Below, piece after piece: positions 1-19,968 of a stretch of DNA of 64,000 nt. Every line of letters starts with the position of its first letter. The first letter of the stretch is position 1. The position numbers and the translations under genes are program-made. Below the pieces are notes generated by a model. It was not told the origin of the DNA, made no database searches, and saw only the letters and a program-made list of their open reading frames with translations. The stretch comes from the human T2T-CHM13v2.0 reference genome, Homo sapiens, in NCBI RefSeq assembly GCF_009914755.1, contig NC_060927.1. One strand, written 5' to 3'.

Positions 1-511
1 CTAACGATTAGAGGGTTAGTCTCCATCCTGCTCAGATATGACTCCTGGGCAATTCACTTAACTTCTCCATGGCTGCTTCCTGCTGAATAAATAGGGACAG
101 GCATAATGGATAGGAATGAATGAACTTTTAAGATACTGTCTAGCTCTAAAATTGGAAGAACAAAAAGTTTTAGATTAGAGTCATAGCCTTAATAGCCCTA
201 GTTGTCATCCTGGGAGACAGGCAACAGTAGAGATATTTGAGAGCCTAAAGAGAGGTTTGGCCTGTGGGTTTTTAAGTGGTTATTGAATTGGTATCAGGAG
301 ATCCTGAGGCTGGTAGGGGAAGGTAATTCTTTCTAAGTTACCTCTGTATTTTTCAAGTTTTCTATAAGGAATACACATACACCCACATGCACACACCATA
401 GTTTTTATACAAACAGCAATAACAAAACCAAAAAGATGCCCCTTTTTTTGTAGGGATAAGAAATACATTTGTTTTATACTTCTATGCTATATTTTGCTAT
501 TCAAAATTTAG

Positions 512-1221
<710 letters not shown>

Positions 1222-1817
1222 CCCATCTACATGGTTTTCTTTTTCTTAGTATGGGAGTGTCCATGAATAAATTCATGGGCATCCTCATAACTCTTCCATG
1301 AATGGCAAGGGGTACTTATGGAAAACAGTTTTCCAAAGATCTGATTGTTTTGAAATGTGTTAGATTGGACTTGTTCAAATGTTCATATTTTTGTTCTATG
1401 CTAAATGCATCGTTAGGGGAGTAGTGGTAAATATTCCAGAATCCATATGAAATTCATGAGTTTATTTATGTCTAAAACACTGAAAACTGTGTCCAATATC
1501 GTTCAGTTTCCTGGGTCTTTTTCTTATTAGCACATTTGAGAAAAATATTCCTTTCCTTTATTGTAGTAAATCTATTAAAGGCAATAGCCAATAAAACATT
1601 TTTAATTTTAAAAATTTACTGTGTTTGGCTTTCTGTAAATGTAGTAGGTCTGTTAAACAAAATATTAAATTTCCATAGTACCAGAAATGTTGTAGAGATT
1701 TCTCATTGGAAGAAAAAAATGTTTATCTGTATTCATTGTTTTGAGAGCTTCCATGATAAATGTAAAATCCAAAAAGATATTTAATTATATACATTATGAA
1801 GATTCCCTTATCTATCT

Positions 1818-2206
1818 TTATTAATCTGTTCTTGTGTTTCTATAAAGAAATACCAGAGGCTGGGTAATTTATAAGGGAAAGAGGTTTAGTTGGCTTACAG
1901 TTCTACAGGCTGTATAGGAAGCATGGCACCAGCATCTGCTCCTGGTGAGGGCTTCAGGAAGCTTACAATTGTGGTGGCAGGCAAAGGGGAAGCTGGTGTA
2001 TCACATGGTGAGAGAATGAGGAGGTCCCAGACTCAAACAACCAGATCTCATGTGAACTGAGGGAGAATGCACTCATCACCAAGGAGATAGTGTTAAGCCA
2101 TTCATGAGGGGTGTACCCAGATACCTCCCACCAGGCCCCACCTTCAACACTGGGGATTACATTTCACCATGAGATTTGGAGGGGACAAACATCCAAGCCA
2201 TATCAC
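1818..2206 (-). mobile_element. MST-family MaLR LTR
   Basis: Similar to the 580-1221 element; ends ggggacaaacatccaagccatatca. Confidence 0.75.
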
Positions 2207-3998
2207 TTACCTCTTTAAGTTATGTAATTATGAGCCTTAAGGCCATGCTAGCACATAATAAAAATAATAATCACAATATGGAGTATTTTAAATGTGCCAG
2301 GCATCTTGGTAAATGCTTTTCATATATAACTATTGACTGTTAGAGCATGGCTGTGAGGTGTTGCTATTGTCCTATGGGCTATATGTGCTAGTGCTAGTTA
2401 TTCCCTACAGGAAAAGCTGAAGCCAGCTATTTAAGAACTGAATTTTAAGAGGGTTGAGTAGCCTGCCTGAGTGCCTACCAGATATTTCAGGAAAGAAATA
2501 GTTTGCCTAAGGGCCTACCACTACTCAGCTCCCAGGTAGACTCTAGCTCCACAGTTATCCACTGTACTAAATAAATTCTTAATTTTGACTTGCTTCTGGT
2601 TTGAGGGGGCTAAGAGAATCAGGGACTGCAGAGAGGGGCCTCCTGGCCTTGGGGTATTGGGTGCTTTAGGAACTTTGCTGCAACTTGGCCTTGGCTTCAG
2701 CTTTTCCAGTAGGGAATAGCTAGCACTAGCACACGTCCCGTGGTACCATGCTGGTATTTGTAGGTGCTCAACATGGGTTGCCATTCCACATCCTCAAATT
2801 TCTCCCCCCTTCCCAGTTTGGGACTGTAACCACACCCTGAATGGCGTTGAAATGTTTGGGTACTGTGATTAGTTCAAGTGGATTCAGGTAATCAACTGGA
2901 GTCTGAGGTTTCTTATATCTTTTGGGGGAGGTTTATTTTGTTACTCCTTGGAATAAAGGGAAAATATTCTAAAACATTTTTTAAGCAAATACTTGAGTAA
3001 TGACAGCATTTTAATAAAAATTTCAAACAAAGACCATCAAAGGGTCAAGGCTAGAATGGAAAGCAACTATCTTATCCAGGGTGTTTTTTCTGTAGAGGCA
3101 GCTTGGAGCTCAGTAAGAAACCACAGAGTTAAATGATTACCCTGTGCCTTCCTGATTAGGAACAGGCTGCTCTCTGCAGTTTGATTAGTCTTGCTTGTAA
3201 CTATGGGATTATAGCTTATTAAAACTGACAGTGCTGTGTAGGGCAGGGAGCCTGGAAGGTCAAACTTCCATGCTGAGCCAGCCACCAGCAAGGCTCTGCC
3301 TTTACCTAAAAGTTTGGTATAATTGGCATTCATTTAAATATCCTTTTTAATCTCTTCACTTTCTTTTCAACCTTTGTGTCTCTTAGTAATTTACACCTTT
3401 TCTTTCCTTGCTTCTTCACGAGGTTCCCTGATTTGTGAGCACAAAACCCAAATAACAGTGGGCAAAGAATGAAACAAGCCAGTGTAAGCAATGTGAATTA
3501 GCATAATCGTGCACTCTTCCTCCCGAAAATCCTGCTTCATGCCCCTAGTTCAGGTATAAATACACAGCATCCTGCCCCCGCCTCCACCACCTTTTATTCT
3601 CAAAAGTGCTGGCCAAGTTAAATGGTCACCCTAATGTGAGGGGTAGAGATGATCAAACTAGAGAACAGGTGTTCCAGCTAAATGGGACAGCTGATACCCA
3701 CCTCCAGCTAATTGCTGCTGTGGCTCCGGTGCTGCCAGATATTTCAGTCTTTCAGGAGAAGCCAAAACTCTGGATTTTCAGGTGAAATTTTACAATTTTT
3801 AAATGCTGGGTCAATTTTTAAACAATATTCTGCTAGCCAAACAAAACATGGGGGTGCCTAGTTTGCAACCTCTAGCTTAAAATCTGGAAGAAGGGCTTTG
3901 GTATCTTTAGCATTTAAAAATTTCTCAACAACTGATTGCAATATACAGAAAACATACCTGTAGTTTCTAGTTCCTGCAGCTGTTTAGATTCCCACATT

Positions 3999-4602
<604 letters not shown>

Positions 4603-4625
4603 GGCTGTGTCTTTCCTCTTGGGAG

Positions 4626-5294
<669 letters not shown>

Positions 5295-7719
5295 AAGGAA
5301 TTTAAACATGCACACAGTTCTTTCTAGTTAGCATTTTGGCACTCCTAAATCTCACCACCTATTTTCTGCCGGGCCTGTGCCCTTCTAGGGTCAGCATCGA
5401 TTTCCCAGTATTCACTTTCCAGTGGTTCATTCTGGCCTCACAGGACCAGCTGGTACAGGACATAAGATAAGAGCTCCTATTGCACCTTCCAGCATTAATA
5501 GCAATAGTCCTGGATGACACCGTGAAATCTCAATTACTGTTTGTCAAGTGAACGAATATTCTGAGTAGTTGAGGCATTCTCTTCCTTATTTTGGCCAACT
5601 GAGTGCTGGTTAGAAGTGACTTGCACAACACTATGTGGTAGGACCTATGAGAATGTCAGTGGTGGTTTTATGTCACTTTATGCTAGGCAAGCTCCCAGTG
5701 ACCTGACACATTTTTGGTTTTTCGGATTTTTTTTTTCTGTTACTTGGTACCATTATCATCTTTCAGTGCTGGCCTCAAAGCAATTTCCCCTGCTCTGACA
5801 AGAGGAACTCAGAGTGAACTTTCCTTTTGTTCTCATTCCTCACAATCTACTTTGAGATCAGGTCGGAGTTGCCAAGGAGTTCAAACGGCCGATGCTTCCC
5901 AGTGTGATTCAGAGGGATCCGTGCCTCCTTTCCGCACACTATTCCTAATGCTCACCTCTCTCCCTGAACTGCTCTCGCCTGCTGTCGGCTCCTTTGTCTG
6001 CGAAACACATTTTCTCTTATTATCACCTTGTTCTCTGCCTGCCTTGGATGGTTTCAGCTTGTCTCTTAACATCAAGATGTTGCTATTAACAGTCTTCTCT
6101 TTCTTAACAGCTTACAGTCACTTCCTTTTATTCAGTCCTTTTCCTTTTCCCTCCCAAACCACGTAATCATCTCTTTCAGCCTCAAATAAAAGTTGTATAA
6201 CCATTTCATAACCACTGCTTTAGAGTTGCTATCAAAAAGGCACAAGAAGAAGGACATAAAAGTAAGGGGAGAGAAATCAAAAGGAGAGGAGGTGAGGGAT
6301 ACTCCAATAATTGAGAAACAGGGTGTGTGTGCATCTTCAGAATTCTCCTTTGTTGATTAGCCCTCGAGACTGACCATAGCAAGCTCAGTGGTCTGGTGAA
6401 ATTTTCCTCTAATTTTTATGGACAGATGGGAAGCTGTTCTCCCCTCCGAGGCTCTGTTTTCCTTCCAAATAGTTAAAATATTTTCTTTGAACTCTCCCAG
6501 AATCATTTATTTTTGTCATAAATCCATTCACAGAATCCAATTACATAACGGATATGAGTTTTCCACACCCCCAAAAAGCTAAAATATTTACTCACATTTT
6601 CCAGCATTTTCCATTTTCTACTCATTTATTTTTTAGTTCAACAAAACTTAAATAACATTTCCATCACAATTCTATTTATTGTTCCCCCACAATGCTAGCT
6701 GAAAATACCAACTGGAAATGTACTCCATTCCCACATAGTAACTGCACTTCAAAAGACAAGAGAGTGACAAAGTATGTCCAATTTTTTCTTTTTTACACTT
6801 GAACTGATTTTGGTTAGACTCTCCAGTTTTACATTGTTTTTTGTAGAAAGTTCAGTCATGTTGAAAAAGTCAGTTCCACTTTATACTTTTTCCACCTAAA
6901 CATTCACCTGTTGCCACAAATCCAACGTGTCTAAAACCAAATTTACTATCTTCCTTCAGTCAGACTAGTTCTGCACTTCAACTTCCTTGCACCTGGCTTC
7001 CAGCCAAATCAGCTGGAAACCTTACTCCTTGGATGAATGAAGTAATACATAGAAGGGATGGGTATAAGGCATTTCAAGGAGGATCAGCAAGACTTGGTGA
7101 CTGACTCAGAGGAGGCAGTTAAAGCCTGACTCAAGGAAGATTACCACCCATCCTGCCCCTCACCTCCTCCTTGTCCTCCTCAACTCCACTCTCTTCCTGC
7201 TGTACCAAGGCTAAACTGGCAGCCTGAATTTCTAGGGCCGCCATAATCTGAACCTAACCAATTGCCGTGGACTTTTCCACTTTTCCTAAGTGGTTATATC
7301 CTAATCCTACCCATTCTCAAGGTCCAGCCCAAGAACCAAACCTTCCATAAAAACTTGCTTTTCTAGAATTCTAGAGTCTCAAGATTGGAAGAGGAGAGGC
7401 TTCTATTCTGATTTCCTTTGTTCATAAAGGCACCAGCAACCAGTGCTCTAGGCATCTGATTTAATCAGTGCTTCAGTTCTGTGAGCCTCATCTTCCAACC
7501 AGACTATCAGCTCTGTAAGGGAAAGATAATCCCTCAGCATTTGCCGTGTCTGCACCCTCACCCCTGCCCCACTGAAATTAAGGGAGAATGTGTGATTAAT
7601 TTTCTTCTCATCATGTGTCTGTAGTATGTTCTCTACTTCTCCATCTTTAACACATCACTTTATCCGTTTCTTTTTTCATTATAATTTGTTCAATTCTGTC
7701 TGTGCCTTATCCATTACCT

Positions 7720-7978
7720 TCTTTTTTATTTTTATTTTTATTTTTTTAAGATGGAGTCTCGCTCTGTTGCCAGGCTGGAGTGCAGTGGTGTTCCCGGCTC
7801 ACTGGAACCTCCGCCTCCTAGATTCAAGTGATTCTCCTGCCTCAGCCTCCCGAGTAGCTGGAACCACAGGTGCATGATACCATGCCCGGCTAATTTTTTG
7901 TATTTTTTTTTTTTTTAGTAGAGACAGGGTTTCACCGTGTTAACCACGATGCTCTCGATCTCCTGACTTCGTGATCCA
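7720..7978 (-). mobile_element. 5'-truncated Alu
   Basis: Alu consensus; TSD atccattaccttcttt on both sides. Confidence 0.85.
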
Positions 7979-8055
7979 TCCATTACCTTCTTTATTGCTC
8001 ATGGCAACCCTCTGAGGTTGACATTATCTTTTCCAATTTACAGAGGAGAAATTGG

Positions 8056-8333
8056 GCTGGGTGTGATGGCTCATGCCTTAGTTCCAGCACTTTGAGAGGC
8101 CAAAGTGGGAGGATCACTTGGGGCCAGGAGTGTGAGACAAGCCTGGGCAACAAAGCAAGACCCCTATCTCTACAAAAAATAAAAAATAACTAGCTGGGCA
8201 TGGTGGTACACACCTGTAGTCCTGGCTACTCTGGAAACCAAGGAGGGACGATCACTCGAGCCAAGGAGTTTGAGGCTGCAGTGAGCAATGAACCCCAGCC
8301 TCAGTAACAGAGCAAGACTGTCTCAAAAAAAAA
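8056..8333 (+). mobile_element. AluJ-like element
   Basis: Diverged Alu consensus. Confidence 0.8.
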
Positions 8334-8443
8334 AGACACAAAGCAAGGGATCCAGGATTTGAACTCTGAACTCAGCACTATGACTCAAAAGCCCAGGATT
8401 TTCCCCATTTTACCCCGGACCTTCCTAAATTGTGTTTTTCTTA

Positions 8444-8892
<449 letters not shown>

Positions 8893-10079
8893 TTAAGGAC
8901 TGGTAAGTTGGGATAACTTATTAACTATTCCTCTTTCTATTTGTGGTCTCAGAAATCTGAACTACATTTTAATGATAAGAGGGCTGAGGAGTGACCCAGA
9001 GATGCTAATTTTGTTTTGGTTAAAATCTCATACATTCGCATATAAATGAAAAGCAAAAGGACGTTTAAATCGTAGAAAGGGAAAAAAATAGCTTAGTCTT
9101 TCTCTTTGTCAGAAAGAAGCTTCTTTGGTAACACATAGTGTATGATTTTAGAGCCAGAAGGAATGTTACAAATTATCTATCCAACCCCTTCATTTGACAG
9201 AGGCAGAACCCAGGCCCAGACAGTGTGTGACTAACCCAAGGTCCAACAGGAAATGAGAGGCAAGGCTAGAACTAGAGTCTAGGTTTCCTTTTCCACCCCA
9301 GTTCTTCTCTGAGTCCTTATCTCTTGTTCTGCCTCTATTCAGCCTCGTTGGTAACTTGTACCTCACAAACTAGGTGTGGTACAGACATTATTATTGCTAC
9401 TCTGACAGTGACTATAGCCTTTCTGGCTGCTGGGATAACAGTGATTCTTGAACACAGAGACCATTCTGTTTGTAGATACATTTTAGGAGACTTCGTTATT
9501 ATGACTGTGGATATAATGGAATTTGGCAAAAGATGTCTCAAACCCAGCTCAGAAAGATATATAGACCAAGCCCTTTCCAATATATTATGCCATTTATAAT
9601 TCCCTCCCTGGCCTATGCCCCTCCTATAATTATACTTTAATAATTTTTGTTGGTTGCTGGTTTTTATCAGAAGAGGGGAGGAAGTGAGCATCTTCCAGGG
9701 CCTCATCAGGAGATCCTGTCTTTTTCTCACAGGTCCTTGATAGTCTATGGAATTTGTCCCAGCCGATAAGCACATACAACCCAATCTTAATCAGGGACTT
9801 CCCAATATATTGGTACCAAGGATTTTGCTCATTTGTGTATGTCTTCCCCATCCTAATTCTCTGATACTTAGAATTCATTTATTCACCTAGTCAAGAAAAA
9901 TTAATCCACTGCCAACTAAGTGTCAAGTGCTCTCCAGACACTGGATTAAATGACAAAAACCCTACTTGCCTTCTCGCAATTTATAGACCAGGAGCAAACT
10001 CCAAAATTACGTATATTCTACATAGAGTTAGAAAGCTTCACTTTACTCATGTAGTCTGTCAAATCAAAGTCCAACCTAA

Positions 10080-10805
10080 TGTAACCACCCAATGGGTTCT
10101 CCTTGCCCACTGCCCAGAGAGAGCTGATTTAAGACAGGGGAATTGGAATAGAGAAAGAGTTTAATTCATGCAGAGCCTGCTAAATGGAGACCAGAGTTCT
10201 GTTACTCAAATCAGTCTCCCCCAAAATTTGGAGACTCGGGTTTTTAAAGGATAATCTGGCAGGTAGGGGACCAGGGAGTGGGGGTCGCTGATTGGTTGGG
10301 TCAGAGATGAAATCATATGGGGTCAAAGTGGATTCGTCTTACTGTCTCCTGCTCCTAGGTGGGATTGCAGTGCTGGTTGAGCCAGATTACTGGTCTGGGT
10401 GGCACCAGTTGGTGCATCAGAGCACAAGGTCTGCAAAATATCTTGAGCACCAGTCTTACGTTTTATGATAGTGATGTTATCCCTAGGAGCAACTGGGGAG
10501 GTTTAGAATCTTGTGGTGTCTAGCCGCATGACTCCTAAACCATAATTTCTAATCTTGTGGCTAGTTAGTCTTACAAAGGCAGCCTGGTCCCCAAGCGAGA
10601 AGAGGGTTTGTTTTGGGAAAGGGCTGTTATTATCTTTGTTTTAAAGTTAAACTATAAACTAAGTTTCTCCCAAAGTTAGTTCAGCCTCATGCCCAAGAAT
10701 GAACAGGGGCAGCTTGGTGGTTAGAAGCAAGATGGAGTCAGTTAGGTCAGATATCTTGCACTGTCATAATTCTCCCACTGTCATAATTTTGCAAAGGCTG
10801 TTTCA
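10080..10805 (-). mobile_element. Solo ERV1 LTR, LTR8/LTR8A-like
   Basis: Minus strand starts TGAAACAGCCTTTGCAAAATTATGAC and ends GGTTACA; 4-bp TSD CTAA at 10076-10079 and 10806-10809. Confidence 0.8.
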
Positions 10806-10992
10806 CTAAGAGATGACAGAAGGTGGAAAATCACCACATGACAGTATCTATGGGTAAAGAAAATCAAAATGTTAGTGGTTTACATTTCATTATCTACTCA
10901 TTATTAAGGAAAGAACTACAGACCAAATTAATGAGTTGAATTTGCCTCTTAGCTGCCTTGATTAGCTCAACATTAATTCTGTTTGAGTGTTC

Positions 10993-11624
<632 letters not shown>

Positions 11625-12089
11625 TGAGCGTTCTGCATCTTAAGGTTCCCAACAAATCTGTAAACACCCTAGAAGTATGATTGTTCCCATTTTATATTTG
11701 AGGAAACAGGGCTGAAACAGTCAAGTAACTGTTTTAAATAATTCTGGGCTGGGCACAGTGGCTCATAGCCAGGAGTTTGAGACCAGCCCAGGCAGTATGG
11801 GGAGACCATGTCTCCATTAAAAAAAATAATAATAATAATAGTAAAAATAGGGAGTTTCAGCGCCTACTCTGGCTCAAGAGGCTGCCTGATAAAATAACAA
11901 AATGAATAAAATAAAATCACTTTGACTTCAGGAATATCTGCTTGAAGAGCCTGTGCTATTATTTCTGTTCTCCTTCCCTTCTCACTCACTGTCGCCTGGG
12001 GGCCAGGGTAAGACACTGCAATGAATATAAAAACAATATAACCTCCTCACTCTTAATAAATGTGTTTCTACAAAGTCATGTCCTGATTT

Positions 12090-12405
<316 letters not shown>

Positions 12406-12658
12406 ATGTCCTGATTTTATTAACACAATTTTGGGAAAAGTGATTTAATCTTGACATCTAAGAAGATAATCAGGGGAGTAGAGACCTTTCCTAATGACAT
12501 CGCATTTACTAAAAACCTTTTTGGAGCAACATTTGGAAATAGAGTTCAGGAAAGGAACTCAGACTGGGCAGTACATTCGGTTGAGTATTTCTAATGATAG
12601 CATTGTATATATGCTTTAAATTTTAGAAAATAACAAAGTCATTTAAATCCATGTCTCA

Positions 12659-13908
<1,250 letters not shown>

Positions 13909-15577
13909 GATGCATAGAGCTTTGCTTTACCAAGGGAATAAAATTCCAGGCCACTAATAAAATGGCCTGAAAATTCCTCCCAGATCTGACCATGTTCTTC
14001 CCACAGTGCCCTTTTTCCTCTCTGATTATCTTTCCATCATTCATCCCATTATTCACAATTCGCTGACTGACTAGTCTATGGGAGTAATACAAAAGAAAGG
14101 ATCATTGCCTTCTCTGATAAAACAAAATGCAGACTTCCAAAGTTTAGTACCAGAAAGAAAGTGATATTCCATGAGGGAATGGTTAACTGATCACAGTAGC
14201 TCAGTCTTCTCACTCTGAGTGTTAACTTCCCGTTGGGAGGTTTCATATTTGGGTTAGCGCCATCTCCACCATACTAGCTTCTCCCCTAGGAACACTCTGA
14301 TTCAAGCTGGGTTGGAAACATTTATTTTCTTCCCTGAGAGTAGCTGAAATTTCTTCATTTTTTTCATATAACAGAGTAGATTTAGAGCCACAATCTTTTT
14401 TTTTTTTTTTCCTCAGCAGTAGGGTGGCAGAAATATCGTCCACAATTGGACGTCTGCTTCACAGTCAGAGGAAGCATTCTAGCCATTGTTATAACCTCCC
14501 CTTGGGTCAGAAGTGATTGACAGTAATAACAGCTAATCCTAATTCCATTATCTCATTTGTAGTGGGTTCAATGAACAAGACCCTCTCTATTCTTCAACAG
14601 TAACATTAAACAGAAAGCTGGTGTCATTTTCTTAGTTTCAACCAATCAGCTCATAGCCAATCTTGTGTCTTCTGCATTCTTATTCACTCCCCATACAGAC
14701 ATCACTGGATTATTTTGATGCAAATCCTAGATGTTATATAATCTCATTCATAAATATTTCAATATGCATCTAAAAGATAAGGGCTCTCTTTAAAAACTTA
14801 AACACAGTACTGTTATTATACCTGAAAAGAAATAATAAGCTCTCACTATAACCAAATATTCTGATGGTATTCACGTTTCCTCCATCATCTCATAATTTTT
14901 TTCTGTTAGTTTGTTTGAATCAGCATCCATATGGCTACTCAGTGCTTGAATTGCAACTAGTCTCAATTGTGATGTGCTGATAATGTAAAAATACAACACA
15001 TTTCCAAAACTTAACAGAAAAAGATATAAAATATTAATTATTTTTACATTGATTATAATCAATCAATCAATTGTAATTTCAATGCTTCAATCATAATTTC
15101 AATGATTTTTGAATATGTTAGATTCAATAAAAATATGTTAAAATTGTTTTCACCTATTCATTTTTACTTTTTTAATGAGGCTAGTAGAAAACTTAAAATT
15201 ATACATGTGGTTTGCATTATATTTCTGTTGGATAGTGCTAATCTAAAGGATTGAGCAGGTTCAGGTTTGATTTTTTTTGCAAGACTATTTCATAGGTGAT
15301 GATGTGTTATTCCATCTGGAAGTACACAATGGTGGGCCATCTTTTTTGTGCTAAGATTGATCAGTGGTCCAGGTATTACAGCTGGATACATCCATGTTAA
15401 GTACATCATCAACTTTAAATCCAATGATTGAACATTTATTTTTAATATATTTGATATCATTCTATTTCCTGGTTTGTATACTGATACTTAAAAGCCTTCC
15501 ATTTATAATTTTCCATTTAATGAAAATTCCATATGAATATTATTTCAAATATACTATAGATCTCTACATATGCTTTG

Positions 15578-15776
15578 GACTAATGCTCTCCAACAGAACT
15601 TTCTGTGATGAAGGAAATGTTCCACATGTGCACTGTTCAATATAGTAGCCATATGTAACTACTGAGTACTTAAAATGTGTCTAGAGCAACTGAGGAGCAG
15701 ATTTTAATTTTAATTAATTAAATCTAGATTTGAATAACCATATGTGGCCAATGGCCACTGTATTGGACAACAGCTC
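15578..15776. mobile_element. hAT-Charlie MITE, MER3-like
   Basis: gctctccaacagaactttctgtgatgaaggaaatgttc...gtggccaatggccactgtattggacaac. Confidence 0.6.
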
Positions 15777-16108
15777 TAAACTCACTAGCCTTCAGACTTT
15801 CATTAAAAGCTCGAACTAACATACTTTTTTCCCTTCTTGGAAGCTTCATACATATTCTCTGCTTTGCATGGAACAATATTCCCCAGACTAATTTCAAGGA
15901 AATCTCATTTCTATCCTAGAGGCCTCTTTTACTTCCTCAGATTTGTTTCTTACTTTCTCAGAGTGATCTTCCCTGGCTCTTCAATCTACAGTAACTTAGT
16001 GTTTCCTGTTATTTTTTTCTCATAAAAGCCTCCTTGTTTAATATTGACCCAATTTGTAATCATAGTTATACACTTATGTGTGTGCATATTTATTTAATGT
16101 TTGTCTTT

Positions 16109-16953
16109 TTTTTTTTTTTTAAGAGAAAAGGCATACAAATTTATTAATATACAGGGCTGGGGACCACAGAATGATTACCCCAACCCCTCAGTGGGTTACA
16201 GAAGATTATATATCCTTTCTCAGAGGCAAAAGAGGAGATGGGTAATGTAGACAATTCTTTGAGGAGCAGTAAATGATTATTAGGGAGAAGGAATGGACCA
16301 GAGAGACAGAAATTAACTTGTAAATGATTCTCTTTGGAATCTGAATGAGACCAAGAGGCCAGCTTTATCTTGTGGAAGAGTCCATCCAGGTGTGGTTGCA
16401 TTCTTCAGTCTCTGCAGTAGATAATGGGGTAACAGAAGGCCATTGTGCTTCTTTTGGTAAGAAGCTTTTTTTTGTCAGATCAGGAAATTCCAGAGAAAGT
16501 CCCGCCTTGGCAAGTTTACTTAGCGCTGGTATACTTGGTGATGGCCTTGGTGCCCTCGGACACGGCGTGCTTGGCCACCTCCTCGGGCAGCAGCAGGCGC
16601 TCGGCCGTCTGGATCTCCCTGGAGGTGATGGTCGAGCGCTTGTTGTAATGCGCCAGGCGGGAAGCCTCGCCCGCGACGTGCTCAAAGATGTCGTTGACGA
16701 AGGAGTTCATGATCCCCATGGCCTTAGAGGAGATGCCGGTGTCAGAGTGGACCTGCTTCAGCACCTTGTGCAAGTACACGGAGTAGCTCGCCTTGCGGCT
16801 GCGCTTGGTTTCTTGCCGTCCTTCTTCTGCGCCGTAGTCACCCACCTCTTGGAGCCCTAATTGGGATCAGGAGCGGACTTTGTTGGCTCTGGCATGTCGA
16901 GGGCGCACTACAGGTCGAGGTGAACTAACAGCAGCTCGAGAAAACGGGAATTA
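16109..16953 (-). pseudogene. Processed histone H2B pseudogene, a retrocopy of the polyadenylated H2BC12/HIST1H2BK-type mRNA; former CDS 16516-16895
   Basis: ATG at 16895 gives [12 protein letters not shown] (TAG 16857-16859). A 1-nt deletion lies at about 16807, then [11 protein letters not shown]...[17 protein letters not shown] (TAA 16516-16518). It has a 3'UTR of about 390 nt, AATAAA at 16140-16145 and a polyA remnant. The 17-bp TSD ATTTAATGTTTGTCTTT is at 16092-16108 and 16954-16970. Confidence 0.95.
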
Positions 16954-17279
16954 ATTTAATGTTTGTCTTTACTACCAAACTGTAAGTTTCGTGAGATTAG
17001 GACCATATTTGCATCATTCATTATTATGTCTCTGGGACCCAGCACAATGCCTAGTACATATTAGGACTTCAATAAACAAATGCAAAGTAGCGCATGGGGC
17101 TGCAGCCGCAGATCTCCTGGGCTCTGGGTCTGGGAGCAGGCAGTGGCATCTGACACTTCATATCCCTTAAAGAAGACAAAATGTATTCTATGACAGATAG
17201 GGAACCAGAGCCAGGGACTAGAGTGTGACTCCCTGACTTGTTAGAGGAGGTTGGGAAAAATGGCCTTGACTATCTTCCT

Positions 17280-18675
<1,396 letters not shown>

Positions 18676-18698
18676 TTTTTAGGACACTAATATAATGA

Positions 18699-19013
<315 letters not shown>

Positions 19014-19717
19014 TAACTTGATAACCTCTATCTCCAAATAATGCCATATTCTGAGGTATTGGGGGTTAGGGCTTCAAGATATTTTTTTAGGAGAGGGGAT
19101 AGAATTTAACTCATAATGATGAAACAAACTCTAATCTATATAAAATTGAAGACTGAATTAGAAAGATGAAGAGAGTATTGAGAAATTCACCCAAAATATA
19201 CCCCAGAGAGACAAAGGTGTGTGTGTGTGTTTGTGTGTATTTATTCTGAATACATAGATGTGTATTTGTTTATTTATCTATTTACTTCAGTTAAGATACA
19301 TGAAGGATAGATTGAAAGGTCCCAACATTCCAGCATATCTAATAGTTTTATTGTAGAAGGCATTGGTGGCTGCCTACCCAGTTGCCATTGCTTTTTCGTC
19401 ATCCTTAATAGCAGAATCTTGATTTTTCTTTTCAGGAAGACAATGTGCCTAACTAAAAATACTTAATTTCTCAGCCTCTCTTGCAACAAAGATAGTCATG
19501 TGACCAGTTCTGGACAGTGAGGTAGCAGCAGAAGTTCCTAGGCTGACCATTCTTTTCTTAGTACAAAGTCAAAGTCCCATTAGGAGAAAGTGCTTCACCC
19601 CATAGCGCTTTGCCCACTGCCCCTGACCTTAAGACAGAAGTCCCAGTTGATTTTTATAGAATAATTTAACAAACCTTCAACAAACAGATAATCTCTACCT
19701 TTCAAAAAATAGTGAGG

Positions 19718-19968
19718 GTGTTCTCACTCATAGGTGGAAATTGAACAATGAGAACACGTGGACACAGGAAGGGGAACATCACACACCGGGGCCTGTTGTG
19801 GGGTGAGGGGAGCGGGGAGGGATAGGATTAGGAGATATACCTAATGTAAATGACGAGTTAATGGGTGCAGCACACCAACATGGCACATGTATACATACGT
19901 AACAAACCTGCATATTGTGCACATGTACCCTAGAACTTAAAGTATAATAAAAAAAAAAAAAGAAAAAG
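19718..19968 (+). mobile_element. 5'-truncated L1PA 3' end inserted into older L1M sequence
   Basis: gttctcactcataggtgg...catgtaccctagaacttaaagtataataaaaa; TSD aaaaatagtgagg at 19705-19717 and 19969-19981. Confidence 0.9.

Noticed and set aside
9324-9784. Overlapping 91-aa and 149-aa ORFs in non-repetitive-looking sequence
   Set aside because: No recognisable protein family, non-ATG starts and no convincing exon boundaries; a BLASTX could still test for an old pseudogene
16345-16860. 171-aa plus-strand ORF and 109-aa H2B-like ORF treated as functional genes
   Set aside because: The first is the antisense shadow of GC-rich histone codons. The second starts at a non-ATG codon upstream of the frameshift in a retrocopy with a premature stop.
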